Below are positions 23,901 to 35,680 of a stretch of 64,000 nucleotides of DNA, in pieces. The notes below the pieces were generated by a model. That model had not been told where the DNA came from, made no database searches, and saw only the letters and a list, made by a program, of their open reading frames with translations. Position numbers and translations under genes: made by a program. Origin of the DNA: Piedraia hortae CBS 480.64 (taxonomy: Eukaryota); assembly GCA_010093745.1 (NCBI GenBank), contig MU005969.1, positions 246,334-310,333 on the forward strand, in the 5' to 3' direction. Position 1 is the first letter of the stretch; the number at the start of each line of letters is the position of its first letter.

Positions 23901-26900
23901 GCAGTTGACCCTCCAGTAGTGTTAAGTAGGGTGGTGCTGTTGGCCCAGGGCTGGTTTGAAGACTCGGTCGATCCTACACTTGAGGTGGTTGAATCAGAAC
24001 TAGGAGCACCCGAAGATGTGCATGTTGGACACGGCGAGGAAGTGGTCGTATTAGCCATGACCGAGCTATTTGAAGATGCACCGGAAGTCGTAGTGACTGC
24101 GTTAGAACTGGAAGTGGAACATGTTGGGCACAAAGATGGACTGGTCGTATTGGTCATGACCGAGCTGCTTGAAGCCGTAGCCGCTGCATCAGAAGCCGAA
24201 GCGTTTGAAGATGGGAAATCCGTGCACGTGGGACAGAGCGAAGAAGTGGTGGCGTTAGTCCAAGCTGAGCTGCTTGCAGGCACAGTGGAGGAAAGCGTGG
24301 TGGAGCTGTCTGATGGGGTACCACTGGAGACTATAGTGGCATTAGAAGGTGCTGAAGTGCTTCCTTGAGAGCTGGACGTAGAGCCACTGGCTGGCACATC
24401 GACAGGAGTCGTCGTGTTGACCAGTACAGAGCTACTTGCAGTACCACTTGACGAAGAAGCAGCAGTATTTGTCGGAACTGAGCTGTTTGCTGAAGCACTC
24501 GTAGAGCTCATGGCAGAGCTATCTATTGGTGAACTGCTTGAAAAGGTAGAATTAACCGGGGTAGAACTGCTTGCTGAGCCACTGGATAAAGTCGTGACCG
24601 AGCTCTTTACTGGTGCACTGCTTGAGGATGTGGTGACATTGGACGGAGCCGAACCGCTTCCAGGCGTGCTGGATGAAGAGCCGCCAGTTGGCACAACACT
24701 CGTGGCAAAACTACCGGTCGGAACGCTAGAGGCCGTGGCAGTGCCACCTATGACGGAGTCGCTGCTAGAAGAAGTAGTCACTTTGCCAGCAAGGCCGCTG
24801 GGAGAGCAAACTCCCGAGGGACTGGGCGTATATGTGACACTAGTGACAGTGCCATTTTTGGTGATCGTAGTAGGCTTGCATTGGGCCGTGGCTGTGCAAT
24901 TGAATGGCGAGCAAGGCGATATAGGGCCAACGGGAATCTCGAGCAAAGCAGCCGAGTCAATATCCTTGGTGGTGGAAACACCATTGCCGGCGCTGTTCTT
25001 AAGGTAGCAAACGCCCTCGGTGTAAGTGAAGGCAACGCAACCAGGCTTGGCATCGCATGCGGCAAAGCAGTCGGAGAATGATGGCGCAGGAATGTTCGAG
25101 ATATCACTGCCAAAGTAATCAACATGGCACTGGATCTGATAAGTGTGGCCCAGTGCATCAGTGTAAGTAGCGTTCAAAGATGCGAGCTCATCACACGATC
25201 CAGTGGCAAGAGGTCCAGTTGTTGATGACGTGGACGAAGACATTGGGCTTCCGCTTGTCACACCTGAAGCAGATCCAGAGCTTGATGCAGTCGAGGAAGT
25301 GTTGAATAAAGAGCCTGACTGCGAAGATCCTGTAGAGCCACCAGATATTGATGCAGCAGATTGAGACTGTCCAGTTGCCGATACATTCCATGAAGACCCA
25401 ATGAGCGATGAGCCAGTAGGTGACACATGTGATGATGAGGCTCCAGATCCCGAAGCTCCCGTGGCAGAGACGTTCGAAACTTTTGGCCCACTGGACGAGG
25501 CACCCGAAGATGACGGTCCAGAAGCAGAAGGCTCACTGTTTGAAGGAGCACTATCTGTCCCTGCTGTTCCGATGCTTGAGGACCCTGTTGTAATAGTGCT
25601 CAATGTGGTAGGGCTAGAGGCTGACGGTGCATTGGTGCCAGAGGAAGAAGGCACCAGAACCGCAACGTCAACACCTTTGTCGCTGGCAGATCCATTACTG
25701 AGAGTATCTTTCAAGTAGCAGTAGCCCTCGTAGAAGGAGAACCCGATGCAGTTGGGTGTAGCATCACAGGCCTTGAAGCATCCGGCATACGACTGAGCCG
25801 GGACAACACTAATGTCACCCCCAAAATAGTCGTAGCTGCACTTGATCTGGTATGTACGGCCTTGGGCATCCGTGAACGTCCCACCACTTGCTGCAAGCGA
25901 AGAGCATGACCCAGCTGATGAGGAGCTAGATGGCATCGATGTGCTTGAGGTTTCGATCGCAGAAGACCCAGCAGACGACGTGCCAGATGTAGCAGGGCTT
26001 GTGGATCCTGAGGCTGAAGCACCAGAAGATAAAGAACCAGTGGCTGAAGCTTCGGACAAGAGTGATCCTGTTGAAGTGCTTGAAGGTTTAGTCGATGGAG
26101 TACCTAACGATGAAGATACAGATGAAGCATCCGAAGATCCGGTGGACGATGCATCTGCTGAAGAAGCACTCGAGGATGAAGACTCTGTGGACACAGCTTC
26201 TGAAGAGGGAGATTTAGCCGACGAGGAACCCAATGAAGCAGATATAGTCGATGAGGCTTCTGATGAAGCAGGTCCAGAGCTCAAAGATACGGTCGAAAAG
26301 GAGCCAACAGTCGCAGAATCTTTGCCAGATGTGTTCGAAGTGCTGGATGATGACGGCACCAGAACAGCGACGTCAACACCTTTGTCGCTGGGAGACCCGT
26401 CATTGAGGATATCTTTCAGGTAGCAGTAGCCCTCGTAGAAGGAGAACCCGATGCAGTTGGGTGTAGCATCACAGGCCTTGAAGCATCCAGCGTATGATTG
26501 AGCTGGAACAACGCTAATGTCGCCTCCAAAATAGTCGTAGCTGCACTTGATCTGGTATGTGCGACCTTGGGCATCCGTGAACGTCCCACCGCTCGCTGCA
26601 AGCGAGGAACATGACCCAGCTGATGAGGAGCTAGAGGGTGTTGGTGTGCTTGGCGAGCTATCTGTGCCTGAAGATTCGATGGAAGACCCTCCAGAGACCG
26701 TAGAGCCTGATGACGATGCGGATCCAGGTGTACCTGAAGACGGACCGAAACTTGAAGAGCCTGAGGTTGAAGTTTCTGTCAATGAGGCACTAGAAGTAGT
26801 CCCAGATGATTCATCACTAGCAGTTGCCGTTCCAGAACTTGACATTCCCGACAAGGAAGCTCCAGAAGGCGCTGTGCTTGAAGTAGAAGTATCAGATGGA

Positions 26901-29900
26901 GGTATACTTTGGGTAGATGAGGTGGAAGGCACCAAAACAGCAACATCCACGCCCTTGTCGTTGGCAGATCCATTATTGAGAGTATCTTTCAAGTAGCAGT
27001 AGCCCTCGTAGAAGGAGAACCCGATGCAGTTGGGTGTAGCATCACAGGCCTTGAAGCATCCAGCGTATGATTGAGCTGGAACAACGCTAATGTCACCCCC
27101 AAAATAGTCGTAGCTGCACTTGATCTGGTATGTACGACCTTGGGCATCCGTGAATGTCCCACCGCTTGCTGCAAGCGAAGAGCATGACCCAGCTGATGAG
27201 GAGCTGGATGGCGTTGGAGAGTTTGATGAGGTTCCGGTAGCTGAAGATCCCGCGGAGAGAGAGCCAGGTGTACCTGAAGCTGGTTGGCTTGTGGTAGAGG
27301 CACTAGACGACAATGACCCAGTGCTTAAGGCACCAGAGGAACCAGTGGAAGAAGTGCCAGAAGTAGACAACATGGAGGTGGAAGAGTCCAACGTCGAAGC
27401 TCCCCTTGATGATGGGGCACTTGAAGGAGCCAATGAGGATTCATCACTGGCAGTTGCCGTTCCAGAACTTGACCTTTCCGAGGAAGAAGCTCCAGAAGTG
27501 GCTGTGCTCGAAGTAGAAGTGCCGAATGAGGGCTGACCTGTTGTTGTCGAGGATGGTACCAAGACAGCAACATCGACACCATTGTTGTTGGGAGATCCAT
27601 TGTTGAGAGTGTCTTTAAGGTAGCAGTATCCCTCGTAGAAGGAAAATCCAATGCAGTTAGATGTAGCATCACAGGCCTTGAAGCAGCCGGCGAATGATTT
27701 CGCTGGAACAACACCAATATCACCTCCAAAGTAGTCGTAACTGCACTTGATTTGATACGTGCGGCCTTGAGCATCTGTGAAGGTGCCACCGTTTGCTGCA
27801 AGCGAGGAACATAACCCAGCTGATGAGGAACTAGATGGTTTTGGCGTGCTTGAGCTTTCGATCGTAGAAGATCCCGTGGACAAGGTGCCAGTTGATGGGG
27901 ATCCTGACGATGCGGTTGACTCTAATGAAGATGCTACTGAAGGTCCAGAGCTTGGAGCACCTGAGATTGAAGGGTCAGTGGCTGATGGTCCTGCTGTTGA
28001 ACCGGCAGATGAAGTTCCCGTAGTAGATGATTCAGTGCTCGGGAATGAAGCGCCAGTTGTTGAAGTTCCCGAGGGTGAAGGTCCGGTACCGGATGAATCC
28101 AAAGACGAAGCTCCAGTGGCTGAGACAATAGGCGAGGATCCTGAGGAAGAAGCGCTCGATGATGAAGCGCCACCGGAGGAGACATCAGAGGGCGACTTAT
28201 CCAAAGTAGGGGCTCCTGACGAAGCAGGTCCAGAAGATGCATCAGCAGTCGTTGCCGATTTAGAGCTTGAAGCTCCCGAGGTTGCAGTGCTCAGAGGAGA
28301 CACATCAGATGACGACGGATTCTGCATGCCCGAAGAAGGGACCAGAACAGCAACATCGACAGATTTGTCAGTGGGCGATCCATTGTTGAGGACATCCTTC
28401 AAATAGCAGATGCCTGCCGAGTAAGAGAAACCAGCACAGCGAGGCGTGGCGTCACACGCATCGAAGCAGCCGGCATAGGACGAAGATGGAACAGTGCTAA
28501 TGTCTCCCCCGAAATAATCGTAGCTGCACTTGATCTGGTAGGTATTGCCGTGAGAGTCAGTGAAGGTATCACCCTTTGCGGCAAGTGAGGAGCACGAGGA
28601 ACTTGATGCAGGCCCAGATGGCAACGATGTGACTGAAGAGGTGTCAGATGGTGTAGAGTCTGCTGACGATGATGTCTGCGTATTGTACGCTCCTGACGTG
28701 CCAGAGGTTGGATGGCCAGAAGATTGCACAGAATCAGAAGATGAGCCAGTGGATAGAGCGCTGAATGAGGGAGTTCCGGCATGCGAAAGACTCGAACCCC
28801 ATGAGGAAGCGTCTGAAGAGACCCCAGTAGACGAGGCACCAGAAGACGGTCCCTCGGGCGAAGCTCCAGAGTTATCCCCAGCGGTGGCGGATGCTGCTAC
28901 CGAAACATCTGACGGAAAGAATCGAGAAGTAACAGTTGCAAAGGTAGAAGCACCAGAGGGAGATTGTCCATTGGTGTTTGAGGACGTGGGAACCAGCACA
29001 GCGACATCAACGCCCTGCTTGTTTGGTGTTCCGTTCCTGAGGGTGTCCTTCAGATAGCAGTAGCCTGCAGAGTAGGAGAAACCGACACAGAGAGGTGTAG
29101 CATCACAGGCTTCAAAGCAGGCTGTGTAGTTTGGCGAAGGGACGACGCCGATGTCGCCTCCATAGTAGTCGTAGCCGCAAATGACCTGGTAAGTGCGACC
29201 CTGCTCATCGGTAAAAGTGTCACTCTGGTTTGCCAGCGAGGAGCATGTCGAAGAGTCAGGAGACTCTAGGAGCGGCGAAGTGCTCACCAAAACCGCAACA
29301 TCAACGCCATCCTCATTCGTCGATCCATTCTTGAGAATGTCCTTCAGGTAACAATAGCCGTCTGCATATGCAAAGCCAATGCATCGAGGCTTAGCATCAC
29401 AGGCTGCAAAACAGCTTGCATAAGAAGGTGCCGGGATGCGGGCAATGTCGCCTCCGTAGTAGTCATATTCGCACTTCAGTTGGTATGTATAGCCTTTCTC
29501 GTCCGTGAAATTTCCATTCTCGTTTGCGAGGATAGAGCAAGAGTGGGTTGATACAGTATCCGGTGGTGACACTCCAGTGGACGACTTTGATATGCTTGGC
29601 GCAGACGTCCCAGACAAAGATGTCTCTGAGATTGTCGAGCCAGTAGACATTGAAGCGGAACATCCAGAGGCTGAGCTGCCAGATGCAGAACTATTCGATT
29701 CACAATTCGACGATACGCCGGAAGTACCGGATTCGGAGCCACTGGGGATGCTCTGCGAAGCGCTGGCCACCGAGGTATTCGATGATCCAGCTGATGGAGA
29801 GTCTGAGAAACCAGTAGTTGAACGATCGGAAGATCTAGACGAAGATCCAGACGCAGACCTATCTGAAGGACTTTGCGAGGCATATCCGGATACTGAACCA

Positions 29901-30695
29901 GAAGATCCAATATAGGAGGCATTGGACATGGACGTGCCCGATGAGGAGCCAGTTGCGGAAATAGTAGTGATTGATGCTGAGCTGCCGGAGGTGCCTGTGG
30001 TGACAGAGTCAGGTGCTGAAGTGCCAGACGCGGAAGAGCCTGTAAAACCACTGGCCCCAGACGTGGTAGAAGAGACGGAGCTGTCCGTCGAAGAGGCACT
30101 TGATGAGCCAGAAGAGACCCCAGCAGATGATTTCGAAGCGGAAGGAGATCCAGGTGGGCTAGCCGAAATCACACTTTGCAAGGCCGCAGCGTCGACGCCT
30201 TTGGTGGTTGGTGCGCCTCCCACTGCAGCATTCTTCAGATAGCAAATGCCCTCGGAGAATCTGCATCTGGGTTAGATTCAACGCCGGATCAAAACTGCTC
30301 CCTACTTACGCGAATGCAACACATCCAGGGGTGGCATCACAAGCATCAAAACACCCTTCCATCCTATGAGACCGAGCTGTCCCGATGTCCTCTCCATAGT
30401 AGTCGTAACCACAGTCGACGACATAAGTTTGTCCTTGTGCATCAGTGTAAGGAAGGTGTGATGGCGAGCTGGGATCGCAGCAAAGGCCGGACTGAGCTTG
30501 AGCGACTGGAGATGGTGGTGAGGCGGAGGAGGGCGATGAGGACGAAGAAACTTGGGCCTGGCGCTGCAACTTTGTTTCAGTCTCGATTCACGCCCATGGA
30601 AGACTACTTACTCTCACATTGCGGTACCAGGGCGAGGCATCTGCAACAGTACACAGTGCTGCCAGGCTCACGAGAGCCTTCAATGATCGGGACAT
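20987..30695 (-). CDS. Giant (~3,200 aa) secreted Ser/Thr-rich protein with nine Cys-rich PAN/Apple-like modules (introns ~30570-30611 and 30261-30309)
   Basis: ATG 30695 gives the signal peptide MSRSLKALVSLAALCTVADA. Two short GTAAGT introns join it to the 3078-aa ORF, and the second splice rebuilds a complete module (CVAFA-FSEGICYLK). The module consensus is C..(F/Y)TD.qG.TYqi.C.yDY(f/y)GgDI......sy..CF.ACDA.p.C.gF.y..G.CYLK....G....gvDvAvL. Confidence 0.85.
25650..27840 (-). repeat. Four near-identical ~280-bp coding repeats (Cys modules 5-8 of the giant protein)
   Basis: The string gtagcagtagccctcgtagaaggagaacccgatgcagttgggtgtagcatcacaggccttgaagcatc recurs at about 25714, 26420 and 26993, with a close variant at about 27620. 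Confidence 0.9.
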
Positions 30696-31297
30696 TATGG
30701 CACTGCGACCATAAAACCCCAACACTTGGGCAAGTAGAGAAAGAGAAGTGAAGGTGAGAGGGAGAGAGTGAGGAAAAGACTCTTATTTCCACTCAGAATC
30801 ATCCAAGCTCGAGCTTAAGCTCAGCTAGTTTGGTCTATCGGAGAATAAATCGCAGATGTTCTCAAGGAACGAAGGGAATCCTGGAGAGTTTGGCATACCG
30901 ATTCGAGGCATCCGCACGGCAGTACTGTGGCGTCGATCAAGTGGCTAGTCCTGTCGAAAACGTCCAAGAGTCAGGAGCTACAGGCAGGTTTGGAGACACG
31001 TGTTAAGGGACCACGATTGAGCAGAGAACAATGGCGTAAATGCCATGATTACCTGCGGTTCTCCAAAGCTTGATTGATTTGATGTAGGTTGGCATACCGC
31101 TGCGTTACTGAGTAAGAACGTTGAGTGGGCTCCTAAGAGGTCCAGAACTTGGGTTTACTGGGAGGGTTGCTGGCGATGTTTAATCCCCTTTTCCGCGGCC
31201 GATAACGGTTTGAATTGGTTAGCTTTGCCCCACAAGTTTGCAAGTAGGTTGGATCCGTCTTTATACAAGCATGTGATACGTTTTCGTAAGACGTCTT

Positions 31298-31873
31298 TCA
31301 TTCTCCTTGAAGCTCTACAAGTTTCTGAGCGAGTTCGTCGACACAAGCCTCTATTTTTTCCTTTTCAACGTAAGTCATCTTCCTCAACACGTACTGGGCA
31401 ACTACGCCACTGTTCCTGCTGTCGGGTCTTCCGATGCCGATACCGATGCGGGTAAAGGGAGTGTTCCCCAACGAGTTCTGCACGCTTTTGATACCATTGT
31501 GACCCCTAGCACTCAGGCCTGGAGCTGTCCTCACTGCCACGGTACCCAGTGGCTTCTCCAGCTCGTCATATACAATGACCAAACGTCCTTGCTCCCCTTC
31601 GTTTGACCAGGCGCGGAATGCGTCTCTTATGTCCGGCCCGCTAGTGTTCATGTAGCTTGTACTTTGCCAGAGCGTCCAATTCTTGTCATTGGCTGGCCGT
31701 GCCACCAGTCCTTTGCCAAGCATACGCTCCTTTTTGAACTCGCCATAGCCCAGCTGGCTGGCGAGCTTTTGCAAAACAGTGTGGCCTGCACTGTGTAACG
31801 TGTTGGCATAAGTTGGACCAGGGTTGCCGAGACTGCAGATGAGGAGCCGCAGCGGCGAGGCTATATGGCTCAT
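31298..31873 (-). CDS. PTH1: Peptidyl-tRNA hydrolase (mitochondrial/bacterial-type Pth)
   Basis: LICSLGNPG...TLHSAGH, SYMNTSG, IVYDELE, SARGHNGIKS, RIGIGIGRP and YVL. The start is 31873 or 31927. Confidence 0.9.
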   Translation of the reverse strand: MSHIASPLRLLICSLGNPGPTYANTLHSAGHTVLQKLASQLGYGEFKKERMLGKGLVARPANDKNWTLWQSTSYMNTSGPDIRDAFRAWSNEGEQGRLVIVYDELEKPLGTVAVRTAPGLSARGHNGIKSVQNSLGNTPFTRIGIGIGRPDSRNSGVVAQYVLRKMTYVEKEKIEACVDELAQKLVELQGE

Positions 31874-32060
31874 AGAGATCTCTGCCTTAAGCAGTACGTC
31901 TTCTAAACTCGACGTTGTAATGCCCATTTTGAGGCTGGAAATAATGTGGATGTAGTCAAGATCCCATTCGGGTTAGCTCCGGAAGCGGCCGCTGCCGCAT
32001 GCCAAGACATCACGCTCTGCGGAATTTCAAAAGTGCGATCTCCACCAACACAGCGTTAAC

Positions 32061-32927
32061 ATGGCCGTCGGTAAGAATAAGCGTCTTTCCAAGGGCAAGA
32101 AGGGCCTGAAGAAGCGCACCGATCCATTTGCCCGCAAGGACTGGTACTCGATCAAAGCGCCGTCCACGTTTACCGTTCGCGAGTATGTCTTGCCTGTGGT
32201 ACGCAGCCAGCACAGCTAACCGCGACAGTGTGGGCAAAACGTTGGTCAACCGCACGACTGGTCTCAAGAATGCCAACGATGCGTTGAAGGGGCGCATCGT
32301 CGAGGTGTCGCTCGCGGACTTGCAAAAGGACGAAGATCACGCCTTTCGCAAGGTGAAGTTGCGAATCGACGAGGTGCAGGGCAAGAACTGCCTGACCAAT
32401 TTCCACGGCCTTGATTTTACGTCGGACAAGCTGCGCTCGCTCGTGCGCAAGTGGCAGACTGTCATCGAGGCCAACGTTGTTGTCAAGACGACGGATGATT
32501 ACCTTCTGCGTCTCTTTTGCATTGCCTTTACCAAGAGGCAGCCTAACCAGATCAAGAAGACCACGTACGCACGCAGCAGTCACATTAGGCAAATTCGCAA
32601 GAAGATGGTGGACATTATGCAGAAGGAGGCCCAGTCGTGCACTTTGAGCCAGCTCACATCGAAGCTGATTCCTGAGGTTATGGGCCGCGAAATCGAAAAG
32701 AGTACTCAGGGAATATACCCTCTGCAGAATGTGAGTCTCTGGGCACTTTTCGTCATCCCATTGCAGAGCTGACGAGACAGGTGCACATACGCAAGGTCAA
32801 GCTCCTCAAGCAGCCCAAGTTTGACCTCGGCAACTTGCTGTCTTTGCACGGTGAGTCTACCACGGACGATTCCGGCCAGAAGGTCGAGAACCGCGAGTTC
32901 CGGGAGCAGGTGCTGGAGAGTGTGTAA
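32061..32927 (+). CDS. RPS1: 40S ribosomal protein eS1 (S3a); introns ~32183-32229 and 32731-32780
   Basis: [19 protein letters not shown]...[55 protein letters not shown] and the C-terminus ...[10 protein letters not shown]. Confidence 0.97.
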
Positions 32928-33088
32928 ATGCCTGGGGTCTGGACGGTTAGTGTGCTTTGCGTGGTAGAATAGCGCCGTCGTTCTCGGTTCGTTGGCCAGT
33001 AATCGTCATGACCCATGTGCGAAGTTATGAGTTATCACTTTGACAAAACTGTATCCATGCGTGGGCGCCGTAGACTTAAGCACCAACA

Positions 33089-33834
33089 ATGATGAAAGAA
33101 ATCAACTTCATTACAGGCAACAAAAACAAGCTGTCAGAGGTTCAGGCCATTCTCACGGCCTCGACCGCTACGGAGCTACGTTCGCAGAGCCTCGATCTAG
33201 TTGAGATTCAAGGCACTATTGAAGAAATATCCCGCGATAAAGCGAAACGAGCTGCGGAAGCTGTAGGACACAAGACGACGCCTCACCCCTTAGCACTGAC
33301 AGGATCAGATCCAAGGTTCCGTTCTGGTGGAAGACACATGTCTCTGCTTCAAAGCCTTTGACGAACTGCCGGGTCCATACGTGTACAGCTTTCCCACGTA
33401 TAGTTACATGTCAATGCTTACTGTGATAGGAAATGGTTCCTGCAGGTGCTCGGAGTAGAACAGTTCTATAAGCTCCTTGAGGGCTTCGACGACAAGTCGG
33501 CCCAGGCAGTGTGTACATTCGCATACTGTGCAGCGCCGGGGGACGAGCCGATTGTCTTCCAGGGAAGGACGGATGTAGGTTTTTTGGGACAAGGAGATGC
33601 ATCTGCTAATTCTTTTCAGGGCAAGATTGTGCCTGCCAGAGGGCCAAGAGACTTCGGTTTGTTCCTTTTCCTACTCTGTTCACCGAGACTGACGAGACTG
33701 AGACAGGCTGGGACGCGTGCTTCGAATACGAAGGTAAAACATATGCAGAGATGGACAAGGCGGAAAAGAATCAGATATCTCACCGCAGCAAAGCACTGGG
33801 AAAGCTGGTTGAGTGGTTGAAAGAGCAGCAATAA
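33089..33834 (+). CDS. HAM1: Inosine triphosphate pyrophosphatase (ITPase), 5 exons
   Basis: [30 protein letters not shown]...[39 protein letters not shown] and [11 protein letters not shown] are assembled across four short introns. Confidence 0.92.
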
Positions 33835-33839
33835 GGATA

Positions 33840-34424
33840 CTAGCCGTGCAAAAACATGGGATCATCTTCGTCTTTCTGCTCCGTTGTCCTTACCTCTGCA
33901 TTATCCTTCTTCCAATTCCTGATCCATGTCTCTATCCTGTCAACATTGCTGTCGAGATCTTCGGTCTTGTTGCTCTGCAGTTCGACAACCATGTCCTTGT
34001 CGTAGGCATCATGTGCCTCCTGCAGCAGGACCTGCATAATTTCGCAGTCGAGGTTCTCTTGCAACTTCTTCTCCGAGTAGCCCCGTGCTTTTAACCGGTC
34101 GTAAAGGATCTTGTTATCGCAGCGCACCACGCAAACAAGGTCTACCTGGGACGGCGGGAAAAGGTCGCAGGCGTGCCAGTCGATAATCTGCCCGCCCTCT
34201 TCCAAATCGTTCTCAATGCAGTCCATGAGACGGTCATCGTCGACAATCTTGAGATTCGGGTCCTCCGGATCATCGGATTTCTCGCCAATGTTGTGCTTCT
34301 TGACGACTTCGTTGATGTCGAGGTGGTGCATATCAGTGCGGCTAGCCAGCTCTTGACACAGGGTTGTCTTGCCCACACCAGGGGTGCCGGTTACGACAAT
34401 GTTTGGACTTGTGCGCATCGGCAT
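33840..34424 (-). CDS. FAP7: Adenylate kinase 6 / Fap7 (hCINAP) ribosome biogenesis NTPase
   Basis: PNIVVTGTPGVGKTT P-loop, GGQIIDWHACDLFP and LYDRLKARGYSEKKLQENLDCEIM. The start is 34424 or 34418. Confidence 0.93.
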   Translation of the reverse strand: MPMRTSPNIVVTGTPGVGKTTLCQELASRTDMHHLDINEVVKKHNIGEKSDDPEDPNLKIVDDDRLMDCIENDLEEGGQIIDWHACDLFPPSQVDLVCVVRCDNKILYDRLKARGYSEKKLQENLDCEIMQVLLQEAHDAYDKDMVVELQSNKTEDLDSNVDRIETWIRNWKKDNAEVRTTEQKDEDDPMFLHG

Positions 34425-34568
34425 CCTGAATGTGCTGACTGTTCTGATCACGCGGCGGAACATTTTGTGGTCGCTCGCCAGACTGACGGCTGTTGCCGCC
34501 TGGGACGGTCCGAGCCAGGACGCTAAGCCTGTTTGGGCTGCCCTCTGTCAGGAGCTTCGACGACGACA

Positions 34569-35550
34569 ATGTTGCGCAGAGCCATCTGGAGCAGTCAGTG
34601 GAAGAATATACGGTTGTTTACGACTTCATCAACGAAGCTCCCGAACGGCATTACGCTCAGCTATGACCTTCATCCTCCGGCCGCAGCGAGTCCCCAGAAA
34701 CCCGCCATAGTCATACTTCACGGCCTATTTGGAAGCAAGGCAAACAATAAGACGATTAGTCGGTGGGTTTTCTGAGACATGAGAAACCACCACTTTGCTT
34801 ACATTTGATCAGGGTTCTTGCACGCGACCTTGGCCAAGAAGTCTACGCCTTAGATTTGCGGAATCACGGCGCGAGTTCACACTCCCCGGAACACGACTAT
34901 AGCCATCTCGCTATGGATGTCGAACTATTTCTGCAAGAGCATGGCTTATCTGACATTGTCCTGATCGGCCACTCCATGGGCGCCAAAACCGCCATGACGG
35001 TTGCCTTGCGCCATAAAGTCCCTATTGGGGCATTGATACCCGTTGACAACGCGCCTGTAGACGCTGCGTTGAAGGGCAATTTCGGACAATACGTCCAGGC
35101 CATGCGCCGGATCGCAGATGCAAACCTACTTTCCCGATCCGACGCCGATGCCATTCTCAAGGAATACGAGGGCTCGCTGGGCATACGACAATTCCTACTA
35201 ACAAATCTCATTCGCGATGAGGACAATAACCAAACCTTGCACTGGCGGATCCCCGTGAGCGTTCTAGGCAAGAGCCTGAACAATATGGCAGACTTTCCCT
35301 TCAAGAACCCTGAAGCGGTGCAGTACAACGGGCCTACGCTCATAGTTAGGGGCACCCAGAGCCCGTATGTGGCTGACGAGATGCTTCCTGTAGTGGGGAG
35401 ATTTTTCCCAAAATTCGAACTCGCCGACATTGACTGTGGACACTGGGTCATCAGCGAGAAGCCACAGGACTTTCGACGAGGTATGATCGCAGCCCTTATT
35501 GGATGCAGTGCTAACTGGGTATAGTCGTAGTCGATTGGCTGCGTCGGTAG
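34569..35550 (+). CDS. Mitochondrial alpha/beta hydrolase (ABHD11-like); introns 34763-34812 and 35481-35524
   Basis: Presequence-like MLRRAIWSSQWKNIRLF, ILHGLFGSKAN, DLRNHG, GHSMG nucleophile elbow, VDNAP, RQFLLTNL and GHWVISEKP. Confidence 0.88.
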
Positions 35551-35680
35551 ATGCGCACAGCCACACCAAAGTCTATGATACTCAAGGAAATGGCCTTCAT
35601 TTCCTGCATAGTTTCAATGACATCACCTTCTACTTCCCTCATCCCTTCCCATCTTGTTCTTTTTTCAAAAAAACGGTACC

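Noticed and set aside
25650..27840. Regularly spaced direct repeats as a possible CRISPR array or LTRs
   Set aside because: The repeats are ~280-bp in-frame coding modules in a eukaryotic gene, with no cas, gag or pol sequence.
21630..30242. Numerous long + strand Val/Glu/Leu/Asp-rich ORFs (e.g. 591 aa at 21630-23405)
   Set aside because: These are antisense shadows of the Ser/Thr-rich giant gene. Their composition is what the reverse complement of Ser/Thr codons gives, and they have no independent motifs.
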